Source: Azolla caroliniana
Lineage: Eukaryota > Plantae > Polypodiophyta
DNA: 64,000 nucleotides
Assembly (NCBI GenBank): GCA_043228905.1
Contig: JBHGNT010000022.1
Coordinates: 7,068,001-7,132,000, forward strand
Direction of reading: 5' to 3'
In this document: one piece after another, positions 1 to 10,900 of the stretch
Layout: each line of letters begins with the position of its first letter
Position numbering within the stretch: position 1 is the stretch's first letter
Made by a program: the position numbers and the translations under genes
The notes under the pieces: model-generated
The model's database searches: none
Told to the model about the DNA's origin: nothing
The model's input: only the letters and a program-made list of their open reading frames with translations

Positions 1-18
1 CTGAGCATAGCGGCAAGC

Positions 19-1278
19 ATGGACCTCGAGGTAGAACAGATGGACGTGAAGACGGCATTCCTTCACGGTGACCTCGAAGAAGAGAACTACATGCAGCAAC
101 CGGAAGGATTCGAGAAGAAAGGGAAGGAGCACCTGGTATGCCGGTTGAAGAAGAGCCTTTACGGACTAAAGCAGGCTCCCCGGCAATGGTACCGGAAGTT
201 CGACTCTTTCATGACCGACGAAGGGTACCACAAAACGCAGTCCGATCACTGCGTGTTTGTGAAGAAGTTCGAAGGAGGAGACTTTCTAATACTCCTCCTG
301 TACGTGGACGACATGTTGATCGTCGGACAGGACCAGGTCAAGATATGGATGCTGAAGAAAGCGCTTCACCGAACCTTCTCAATGAAGGACCTGGGTCCGG
401 CGAGGCAAATACTAGGGATGCACATCATCCGGGACCGGAAGAAGAAGCAGTTGTGGCTGTCACAGGAGAAGTACGTGACAAAGGTGCTTCACCGGTTCAA
501 CATGTCGGAAGCAATACCGGTCGGGTCAACCCTCCCGGCAAACTGCAAGTTGTCCAGCAAGCAAAGCCCCAAGACAAAGGTTGAGAAGGAGGACATGATG
601 AAAGTACCATATGCCTCTGCCGTCGGAAGCTTGATGTACGCAATGGTGTGTACAAGACCGGACATAGGATATGCAGTCGGAGTGGTGAGCCGGTACATGA
701 GCAATCCCGGCAAAGAGCACTGGAACGCGGCCAAGTGGATACTCCGATACCTGAAGGGCACGGCAAACGTGTGTCTCCGATTCGGCTCCGGTAAGCCCGA
801 ACTCGACGGCTTTACCGATTCGGATATGTCGGCTGATGCAGATACCAGCCGGTCCACATCAGGGTATGTGATGACGTATGCAGGGGGAGCTGTTTCGTGG
901 CAGTCGAGGCTGCAGAAGACGGTTGCGTTGTCAACCACGGAGGCGGAGTACATGGCGGCTGTTGAAGCCGGCAAGGAAATAATATGGATGAAGGACTTCA
1001 TTAGAGAGCTCGGTATCCGGCAGGAGGAGTACCGACTCTACTGCGACAGTCAGAGTGCCATCCACCTTACGAAGAACGCGGCCTATCACTCACGGACGAA
1101 GCACATCCAGCGAAGATATCACTGGATCCGGGAAAGGATAGAAGACCAGGAGTTCGTGCTGACGAAGATCCACATGGACGAGAACGGGTCAGATATGCTG
1201 ACCAAAGTGCTCACACCCGACAAGCTGGAAGCGTGCCGGAAGAGGGTCGGACTGGAAAGACATCCCATGCCGAAGTGA
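19..1278 (+). CDS. copia pol C-terminus: reverse transcriptase + RNase H (5' partial)
   Basis: Motifs QMDVKTAFLHG, LYGLKQAPRQW, LLYVDDML, FTDSD, STTEAEY, CDSQSAI, RTKHI and DMLTK; no internal stops. Confidence 0.95.
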   Translation: MDLEVEQMDVKTAFLHGDLEEENYMQQPEGFEKKGKEHLVCRLKKSLYGLKQAPRQWYRKFDSFMTDEGYHKTQSDHCVFVKKFEGGDFLILLLYVDDMLIVGQDQVKIWMLKKALHRTFSMKDLGPARQILGMHIIRDRKKKQLWLSQEKYVTKVLHRFNMSEAIPVGSTLPANCKLSSKQSPKTKVEKEDMMKVPYASAVGSLMYAMVCTRPDIGYAVGVVSRYMSNPGKEHWNAAKWILRYLKGTANVCLRFGSGKPELDGFTDSDMSADADTSRSTSGYVMTYAGGAVSWQSRLQKTVALSTTEAEYMAAVEAGKEIIWMKDFIRELGIRQEEYRLYCDSQSAIHLTKNAAYHSRTKHIQRRYHWIRERIEDQEFVLTKIHMDENGSDMLTKVLTPDKLEACRKRVGLERHPMPK

Positions 1279-1288
1279 AGGGGGAGTT

Positions 1289-1947
1289 TGTTGGGATTAC
1301 GGTCCCTCCGGATGGGATGGTCAGATGTCCGGGAATCGGGAATGAAGACCCGAATGATGAAGACCCGGTTTTCGGATCCGGATGATGAAGACCCCGGCTA
1401 CGGAGCCGGATGACGAAGACCCGGTTTCGGATCCGGATGATGAAGACCCCGGCTACGGAGCCGGATGACGAATGTACCCGGAGAGAGATCCGGATGCGGG
1501 GACATATTTGTGAATATGTTTGCCAAGGGCCCTCGAGGCTATATTTGTAAATAGCCCGAAAGTCATATGTGTATAAATATGACTTAGGGCAAACAGTTTG
1601 TTTGTTGTTGCTCATTTTTCTGTTTTCCACTTAGAGGGAGCGAAGTGAGAGCAGCCGAGAGAGAGAGAGAGAGAGAAAGGAAGAGGTCGACGCCTCTGTG
1701 TAATACCGCCGCCTGTGGCGAGGACAGCGAGCTCAAGGTCGTCGCCTTGCAGCTCACCATTGTACATTCCCTGCGTATAGTGATAGTTGGAGTCTTGCAC
1801 TCCCGTGGTTTTTCCCGTCTAGGGTTTTCCACGCTAAACCCTGTGCATTCGAGTCTCTCTCTGTGTTTTCGATTTACTGCTGCATTGACTCGTGTTTCCT
1901 CGGTTGTGGCCGAGAGGTAAAGTTTTTGGAAGCGTCGATTTCTAACA
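1289..1947 (+). repeat. 3' LTR of copia element
   Basis: TG...CA termini directly after the PPT; 5' end resembles the LTRs at 4801-5344 and 38934-39477 in reverse complement. Confidence 0.9.
1340..1472. repeat. 27-28 bp tandem repeat with alternating A/B units inside the LTR
   Basis: GATGAYGAAGACCCGGTTT(T)CGGATCCG alternates with GATGATGAAGACCCCGGCTACGGAGCCG. Confidence 0.85.
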
Positions 1948-4754
1948 CGGTTCAAGGGCTTCTTCAACATCCCAATTTTGATTCGGTCCCATCCGATGAT
2001 CAGCATGTTGTCCACATATAGCAGGAGTATCAAGACGTCTCCTCTGTCGAACTTCTTCACGAACACATAGTGGTCGGCTTGCATCTTGTGGTATCCCTGG
2101 TCGTTCATGAAGGAGTTGAACTTCTGGTACCATTGCTGGGGAGCTTGCTTCAATCCATATAAGCTCTTCTTCGACCGACACACCAGGTTCTCTTTCCCTT
2201 TCTTGACAAAACCCTCCGGATGCTTCATGTATATCTCCCCCTCGAGGTCACCATGTAGGAACGCCATCTTGACGTCTAGTTGCTCGACCTCGAGGTCCAT
2301 GCTTACCGCAATGCTCAACACAATCCGGATGGATGTCATCTTCACTACTGGGGCAAAGATCTCATCGAAATCCACTCCTTTCTTTTGTTGGAAGCCCTTC
2401 ACCACAATGTGGGCTTTGTACCTCAGTGGATTTCCTGTGTCTCCCGATTTCAGGTTGCACACCCACTTGTTCCAGTGCGCTCTCTTTCCTTTCGGCAGAT
2501 CCGTAAATTCATATGTGTGGTTGTCATGCTGGGAATCAATCTCATCCTGCATGGCTCTTAACCACTTGCGGTTGTGGGTGTCTTTCTTAGCTTCTTCGAA
2601 CCTTTCCAGCTCCCCTTCGTCAGTCAGTAAAACATGCTCTACATCCAAAAATCTCTGGGGGGGGCTTCTCTCTCTTAGAGGGTATCTACATCCTTGATTT
2701 TTGGCCACCAGTTTTTCAGTCAATTCTTCATCCGAATCTGATTCTGGGTCTTGTCCGGTTCCGGCATCCGATCCTTCTTCAGTTGGTTCAGGTCTTTATT
2801 TGAGTCTGGCCAATTCACTATGGTCTTCGGCTGACATCTGGCTTCCGACCAGATGGATCGTTGTATCTTCCCACTGATCTCTGTCGGTCGATCCGGAGGA
2901 GACTATCTTCTTCTCTGGTTCCTAGTCGGCGATGGTCTTGTCTTCCATGAAGACTATGACCCTACTCCCGATCACTTGCTTTTCGGCTAGGCTCCACAGC
3001 CGGTAGCCGAACTCATTATCACCGTACCCAAGAAATATACATGGCTGTGTTTTCGGGTCTAGTTTTCCCCGTTTATCCTTTGCAATGTGCACATAAGCGA
3101 GACAACCGAACACCTTTAGATGCCGATAAGAAACATCTTTATCGGTTCATAGTCTCTATGAATTGTCTCTGTCCAAGGGTGCCGAGGGTGATCTGTTTAT
3201 CACGTACATCATTGTAATCAACGCCTCAGCCGAAAACATCTTGGACAACTTGGCATGTGCAAGAATACTCTAGACTCTCTCCATTACATTCCGGTTCATT
3301 CTCTCAGCCAGTCTGTTTAGCTCTGGTGTCTTCGGCACAGTAATTAGAGCCGAATTCCCTTCGACCGGAAGTACTCCTCGAACTACCTCGGGTATTCGCC
3401 TCCATTGTCCGCTCAAACCACCTTCAGCTTCCGTTCGGCTTCTCTTTCTACTCTTGCATGGAACTTCTTGAAGACGGATAGGACAATAATGTGGATACCC
3501 ACAACTTCCAGTTGTGGTCATCTATGAACGTCACGAAGTACTGCAATCCGGCATGTGACTTCGTGTTCATAGAGCATACATCGGTATACACGCATTCCAG
3601 CAGTGCTTTCCGTCTCATCGGTGGCCTCGATCGGAATGAGGTTCGGTTCTGCTTACCGGCCAAACAATTGGTGCACTTCTCTCAAATTGCACATTCTTTA
3701 CCTCTGGAATGAGGTTGTCATCGAAAAGTCTTCTCATCCCTTTCTGGCTCATGTGGCACAACATCTTGTGCCATAGCTCACCGGCAGTGTCGGATGCCAT
3801 GTTCACTTCCTCCCGGTATGCATCAGGCACAATGTGTTGATCTTCCAGACTCGGGCCACAATCAGGTTTCCCCTAAAAAACTTCATTGTGTTGTTTTGAA
3901 TGCTCCCATGAAGCCTTCATCATCTAGCCGACTTGCTGATATCCGGTTCAGTCGAACCTCCGGAACATGGCGCACTTCTCTCAACAGTAGTTTGAACCCG
4001 GTTGATGTAGTCAAACACACATCTCCTATGCCGACAATTTGGCATTCTCCTTCATTCCCCATCCTTACACAACCATGATCTTCGACTCTATAGGATGAGA
4101 AGCACTTATAGTCGGGGGTCAGATGAAATGATGCTCCGGAGTCAACCACCCATGTTGATTCATCGTTGACAAGGTGCAGGTCACTCTCCTCAGTGATTAG
4201 CAGACGTTCCTCTTCGCTTGTCATGATTGCCGACATTCCTCTCCTTTCTAGAATCTTCTTCGGTTCCCAACCGTCGAATCCCCCTTCAATTTGCCTTTCC
4301 GGAAGTGTTGGCAATTCTTCTGAAAGTGTCTCGGCTTTCCGCAATAAAAGCAAGTGGGCCTCCCCCTTGACTTCAACCCCGTCCCCAACTTGTCCCGGTT
4401 TTGGGGACTTCTGTTCCAGCCTCTTCCCCTGTTTGTGTCGTCTTCCGTGACTAAGGCTTTCGGGCCAGTTCCGAACTCTTGGTCCTTCCTGCAAGCTTCT
4501 TCGTTTAGCAAACTTGACTTCACTCTCGCCAGGGATAAGTTCTTTCCTTCTGGTCCGGCGTAGCATCGAATGTATGTCGTCGTCTTCATGTGCATTACTT
4601 CCCAAGTTGTGGCATTAATCTTGTCTGGTCTTTTGTCTCCAAACTATATTGGCAGCCAGAGATCTTTGACCACTAACATGTCCCTCATCTTCGACTTCCA
4701 CACTGGGTAGTTGGAGCCGGTGAGCTTGAACATGCCACTAAATGAATCTTCCAT
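1948..4754 (-). pseudogene. copia gag-pol pseudogene
   Basis: ORF fragments 4248-4595, 3883-4605, 3615-3830, 3448-3663, 2922-3113 and 1584-2723 carry domains in copia order (gag, PR, IN, RT). Confidence 0.88.
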
Positions 4755-5344
4755 TTTCTTTCTTTGTTTGGAGCTTAGAACACAATATCTGATACCAGAT
4801 TGATGAGAATCGTACTTGGCCACAACCGAGTTTCAAATACAAGATATAAGATTGAACGAGACGACATGGGATGTTAACGTGGAAAACCTCGAGAGGCAAA
4901 ACCACAGGAGTCCGTAGACTCCAAACAAGATCACTATAGAGGAGAGGTATAGCAATGTGAGACTCAGAGGCAACGACCTCGAGCTCTACCTCGTCAACCG
5001 ATGGTTACAAGAGAAAAGCTTTATGCATCTCTCTCTTTCTTTGAAGACGTTAATATAACTTTCTCTCTCTCTCTCTCTCTGTACAACAAGAATGATAACA
5101 TGTGATAACAACTACCACTACCATTATTTGCCCTAGTTATATTTATACTTATATAACTTAAGGGCTATTTACAAATGTGACCTCAACAGTCATGTCCGAA
5201 CATATTTACTAATATGTTCCTATTTTCTGGCTCATATCGGATACCTTCCAGATCCATCCGGTCTGGTTCTCATCCTCCTACTTGTCCGATATGGCTCATT
5301 TGGTTCTCATCCAGATCCCATCCAGAGGGACCGGTTTCCCAACA
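1948..5344 (-). mobile_element. Degenerate Ty1/copia element (5' LTR, PBS, deleted gag, protease, integrase, RT), interrupted by the element at 1-1947
   Basis: 5' LTR 4801-5344; Met-type PBS TGGTATCAGA at 4797-4788; gag ATG at 4754; knuckle CFYCGKPRHFQKNC; protease WVVDSGASFH; integrase GKLDPK/CIFLGY; RT LLYVDNML. Many stops and frameshifts. Confidence 0.92.
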
Positions 5345-5461
5345 GTGTGCTCATGTTTAGTGGTCATCTTCAATGTTCTTGTCCTCGTGTTCGGTGATCA
5401 TCTTTGGTGTTTGTGTGCTTGTGTTTGGTGGTCTTCATCGGGTTCACATGGAGCCTTGTCA

Positions 5462-6347
5462 TGTTACAAGGGCGTACACTATATTGCTCCTCTCATTTCC
5501 TTACCCTTGTTTGAGCTTGTGGTGGACTTGAAGTTACCACCCTTGTAACCGCCTTCTCTTTTGTAATCGGGAACCCTATTTTGTAAAAGGGCTTCTTTTG
5601 TGTTTGTAGTCTAGTGTTTTTTTTCTCTAGCCAAGGTTTGTTAGTCATACTCCCAATAATTGTGTTGTGTGTGATTATTCTTCTCGTGCATTCGCTTGTT
5701 CCTTTGCTCACATTGATGAACCTCCACGCCCAACATTTGTGCCTTGGGGATGATTTGGGATACAACTCAAGCCTCTTTCCTTGACAAAGGCATCTTCGAT
5801 TAGTCGAACATTCATGCCTTGGGATAGATTCGGGCTACGGCTCAAGCATCTCCCTCGAAAAAGGCTTCCTTGACTAGTTGAACATTCGTGCCTTGGGATA
5901 GATTTGGGCTACAACTCAGGCATCTCCCATTGACAAAGGTATCTTCGATTAGCTAAACCATCGACTAGTCAGGCGTTTGACTACGCGAATTGTCGACTAG
6001 TTGAATCGTCGACTAGTCGAAGCCTTCGACTAAAGCCCTTGACAAGATGAAGTCGTCGACAAGTGTGCTCAACAAGACAGATTGTTGATTAGACGGGTCT
6101 TCAACAAGTCACCTCCTCTAGCTTTTCGACTCCATGGTCCGAGACTCCTATGGTTCCACTCGAGTAGCATATGCACGCACATTTACGTGACAACGGTGGT
6201 ATGGGATGTCGTTCAAGGCTTGCATCTATCTCGATGCCTTTGCTTAGTGACGATCTGTCGGATCAACACCCTTCTTTCTCTGCCTTTCGCTTTATTATCT
6301 AATCTATTTCCTTATTTTCATGTTTACATTAGAATATGTCTCTAACA
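5462..6347 (+). mobile_element. Probable solo LTR related to the gypsy LTRs at 19292-19757 and 30556-31021
   Basis: Starts TGTTAC and ends TTACATTAGAATATGTCTCTAACA. The last ~100 bp (GGATCAACACCCTTCTTTCTCT...) match the reverse complement of the 19292 LTR. Flanks GTCA/GTTA are only a weak TSD. Confidence 0.55.
5732..5955. repeat. ~75 bp tandem repeat, 3 copies
   Basis: Units AACATTCGTGCCTTGGGATAGATTTGGGCTACAACTCAAGCATCTCCC...GACAAAGG start at 5732, 5807 and 5881. Confidence 0.85.
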
Positions 6348-7927
6348 GTTAGAGTGGGTATCTTTGCTTAACAACAATAGTGATATTGAAAAAATCTGAA
6401 TTTTCATTGCCCAATATACATAATATATAACATTTTCATAGATTCGGGAATTCGCAAGCATCTTCCATGCACCTCCAAAGATTTTGATTAGGTACCATAA
6501 CAAGAGCTTTCTTGATGAATTCCATTACGCAACAATATAAACCTTACCTCTTATGTGTAATTCTGATTGGATTCCACTTAGTGATGTCATTGAGGATAAA
6601 AAATAGTGCTTGATCTGTTATGGTCTTCTCCATCAACAATAACTTTTATTTGTAAATTTATAAGGTAATCTTCAACATAGGTTTCCAGAAAAAGTTTAGA
6701 AATTTGATTTGGTAATTTGGCTTCCTTATCGGTTACGAGAGGGTAACAATTTTTTCCCATTGGTTTAGATTTTGGCCACTTTGAACCATTTGAGTATCTC
6801 GGAATGGTGTCATATTTCGGGCACTTGCCTATTGTTGACGTTTGTTTCATTAATTTCGTTTTCAACCAATCTTTTTAATATTGTTTTCAATTTGCTAAAG
6901 TCTTTGTATGATCATTTCACCTTTATTTGGAGTGCTTTTGAGGACCAAACTATCTATATTTTTGCACTTTCACCTCACATTATTATATAGCTATTTTTAA
7001 CAGAAAATTGGATTCTTTGAAACTATTCGCTTATAAAATACCAATGAGTGTTATGGCTTTCCAAATAGTTGAATATCTCACATACTTTTCTATTAGGAAA
7101 AAGTTTAATTGAACCTTCCTTCAAAGAAGATGGCATAGTCCATTCTAACCATGATTTGTTTATCATGTGCAATTATGTATCATTTAGTACATCTCTAAAT
7201 TCAAGCGTCAATTTTAAGTCATTCAGCCCATCCTTAGGCTTTTCATTTCGTTAGACCTTTCATTACTTCTAATAACGCCCCTTTCATGAAAAGGGTAATT
7301 CTTAGAGACAATCATAGAGACCAAGGTCTATGGCTAGAATAATGTCCTCTTGAACATTTGTTTTCCCAACTATCCATAAGGTGCAGTTCTCTCCTTTCCA
7401 ATCTACTTATGATGATCTTCTTCCATAGTCCAATGTGCATTAAATTTTGCTGCGGAATTTTTGTCAAATATTTTACTGCGAAACAGAAAATTGAATAAAA
7501 GGACAAAAAATACCAGTAAAATCTATTAATTTTATGCTACAAAAAGGATCAGAAGTTCAATGGCTTGTAAAAAGCTTCTAAAACAGAGATTTACAAAGTC
7601 AGGCATCAAAGTCATCCTTCATTGTCACCATCTAATCACACGTATAGGGTGATAAATTTAAATTTATACCAAATCTTAGGACACAGTTTGAATTCATTAA
7701 GGCACATTCATCAACCATACATATATTCTCTCATTGCAAACATTTCAAATACTAAAAACAAATTATTTTATAAAAACTTACATTCTTGTACTAATCTAAT
7801 TACTTGGCCGTTGGAAGATCCGATTCCCCCTTATTTTCTATGCTCTTTTCAGAATTCTTTTAAAAATAACTCTTCTAATCCCCTGCTCTTTTAAATGGGG
7901 AAGAGAAAAAAGAAACTAAAAGAAATG

Positions 7928-10900
7928 TTATGAAAAATCAACGATTTTTGGTTTATTAATAATAGTCTGCTTCTGTTCAATGCACACTTTGTGCGAGGCT
8001 TTTATATAATTATTCAAATGGGCTAATGCTCTGCCACTATCTATTGCTTCTTTAGCCCTTTCAATGGCAATTTGCAAATCAGATGCACCATCACAGCCTA
8101 AAAGATGATCTGTAATTGCAGCATTTAACACAACTCGATCATATGCAGCACCTTTCACTCCCTCAAGTGCTGATACTCCAATGTCAACATTTTTGGCCAC
8201 CTGTCCAAAGAATACTCAAGTATGTGTGTACATGTCTGCATAAGTATCTACAAATGTGTATGCATCTGTCTATATCAAGTTAATCATGGATATGGATATG
8301 CAACTGTATACGTAGATGTGTATGTGGGTGTGGTTGGGATTCTGGAAGTTTCATTGTGTTAGCATATGAAGTTAATTATGCCACAAGATAATTACCGATC
8401 GATCAACCCTAGGTGTAGGCGATGCTTGAAAACCGTAATCCTTGGGATTCACATGAAAGCTGAAGGTTTCACGCATAACTCCTACATAAAAGCAGAATAT
8501 ATTTTACTCACACAATATAATCACAAATCATCAAAACGTCTACATAAATTATAGATAAAATATTTTACTCCCGAGTGTTCAGGAGGGTTAAAATATAGAT
8601 ACAAACATATTATAAGGAAGAATGATTCATTCAGTAAGCTTGTTGAGTTTCTTGAACCCTCAGCTCAGGAATATTTATAATGGAGCAAATTTCCAATTGA
8701 AAAAGAAGTTCAACCGAGTACCCAACATTCAAAATCAACAGCAGTATGTCTCAAATCCAAAGGTACAAAATGCCACAAGATGGAGGTAGATTCCTTAATG
8801 TAAAGACAAATATAAGTTTTTTGTGGTTTCATTGAATTGATCGAAATAAAATTGATCAATAGATATTGGAAACTTAATAGACTCTGAATAGTCAGAATTA
8901 TATATCCAGTGCTACTACATATTTTAATCCCTTCTACTAACACAACCATAACTTGTTAGGAGGGTGTTATCATTTGACCCTCATTTCTTCGATGTTTTGC
9001 TGGTCTTTGTTTCATGATTTTCACTATTTCACATAGTTGTTTATGTTGGGCCCTGATGAGAGATGTGAAATTTTCATGTTTGAATGGGATATTTTCTAAT
9101 TAAATGAGATGGTCCACATAAGTTTGAGAACTTCAAGTGATTTCTAATTACTAGCATATGTATATCCGTAGGTGTGTGTATATATGTACAAATGTATGCA
9201 TATGTACAGAAGTACATGTGCACTTTGTATCAAATCAAGAGCATACCATCACTATTCAAATTCTCATTTGATGTCTTTGATGGCCGAAATCCAGCACAGT
9301 GATTTAATGGAAGACCTTTTGTAGACCCAAGATCATTTGTTGTCAATGATAAAGCCCCCTCTTCACCCTGTCAAACATGTTCCCATTTAAGCTCTAGGGT
9401 TTGAAACATCGAATTCCACACTAACAAACTAAACATTACCTAGATTCTGAGTCATGCCATAAACCTTGGGTTATCTCTTTTAACATTGTTTTAGAACTCA
9501 GTAGCATTTATTCTTCCCTTTCATCATATATATCCACTGATTTCAATAGAAATTCATTTTTTACCTTGATAACAAGACCAGCATCAGCACCTCTTCTGCG
9601 CATGAGCATTAATAAAGAATCTTGGTAATTCTCATGATAAAAACCTGCCATCATTGATTCTTTACCTGTTGCCTATGTTCCATCAAACTTAAAGTCATTT
9701 CCATCTCAATGATGTGTAGAGAAAAATATATATATATATATATTTCATTATGATATCCTCAAATTCAGCCTTACCCTTACATAACGTTGCACCTTCTCTG
9801 TTGTTGCAAGGGGTGGTCTTTTCTTAATATGTTCACGTATATGAACAAGAGAATGCCTAAAATCAAGAAAAAGGTGTTCAACAATCTATATAAAATAATT
9901 GAGTGAATTGCAATGAAGATTTGCATCATGATCGAGTGTTTTTGAATGATTGAGAGAGAGTTTGAAGCGAATACTAAGTATTTACAATGAGGGACGCGCT
10001 TCCCTCTGACTGACATAGGCAAATCCCACAGTTTCATTCTGCATATCACGAAATGTAGCCCAACTAAGATAAAACATCAACGTAACTATCTCCCAAGAAA
10101 GCAAGAAGAATCTGAAACCTTCAAACCTCAAGAAGTTTTGCAGCTGCAATAGGATGTAATCGAGTCAGGGCTCCCATATGGTTCAGCATTTGCTCCTCAG
10201 TGACACCCATCTGCAAAGGTAATATAAAAGATAATATTGTCAACATATCCAGAATTTGTTTCTTAAAACCGTCAATCTCCAAAGAATTGAATCGAATATT
10301 CACTATAGAAGAGACCTTGGGAGGCATGAACTCAGCTCCATGTATCAAACAAGCTTCACCGTAACTTGCTCTTACCGCAGCAACAAACAAAGTGCTTCTA
10401 AAAAACCGTGTATTGCCATCATATGGCTCTCCATAGTGTGTCAAGGAGTTCACATCAACAATAGGAATTTCTCCTGCCAACAGAAATCAAATGTGAATTG
10501 TAGAATGCATCCTTAGAACAGGAAGAATGAGGTCCTGACTCCATAATCAACACTCGCCTTTAGTTACTTGAAACAAATCAAACGTAACAAAAGATATAGT
10601 AACATTTCTCAGAAGGCCAAAATGGTTTACGAACCAGAATTGAAATCTGAAAACGTTGTCTCCTTTTGGAGAAGAATAGATTAAATCAGACATAAATATA
10701 AATAGATTAGTAAAACTTCCTATGTTAAGAAACAAAACTCGGTTATGAGACCAAGCAAGAGATCACACCTTTGTGATAAAGTTTCAATCAGTCACACTTA
10801 ATAATAAATAAAGGGACACATACACACTTGCTTTGCATATAACATCCCTCAACCAATCTCAATCATAGTCGGTCTCAATCCATAAACCATATACAATATT

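Larger units (their letters stand above)
1..1947 (+). mobile_element. Ty1/copia LTR retrotransposon, 3' part (RT-RNase H, PPT, 3' LTR); runs off the window start
   Basis: Uninterrupted RT/RNase H ORF, PPT GAAGGGGGAG at about 1277-1286, and LTR TGTTGGG...CTAACA at 1289-1947. It ends inside the RT of a minus-strand copia. Confidence 0.95.

Noticed and set aside
138-1630. Overlapping and antisense ORFs over the copia pol and LTR
   Set aside because: Shadow ORFs of a GC-rich coding region and tandem repeats, with no recognisable motifs.
1584-2723. 379 aa RT protein with a novel C-terminus
   Set aside because: Chimeric ORF: the RT frame reads through the insertion junction at 1947 into the antisense strand of another element's LTR.
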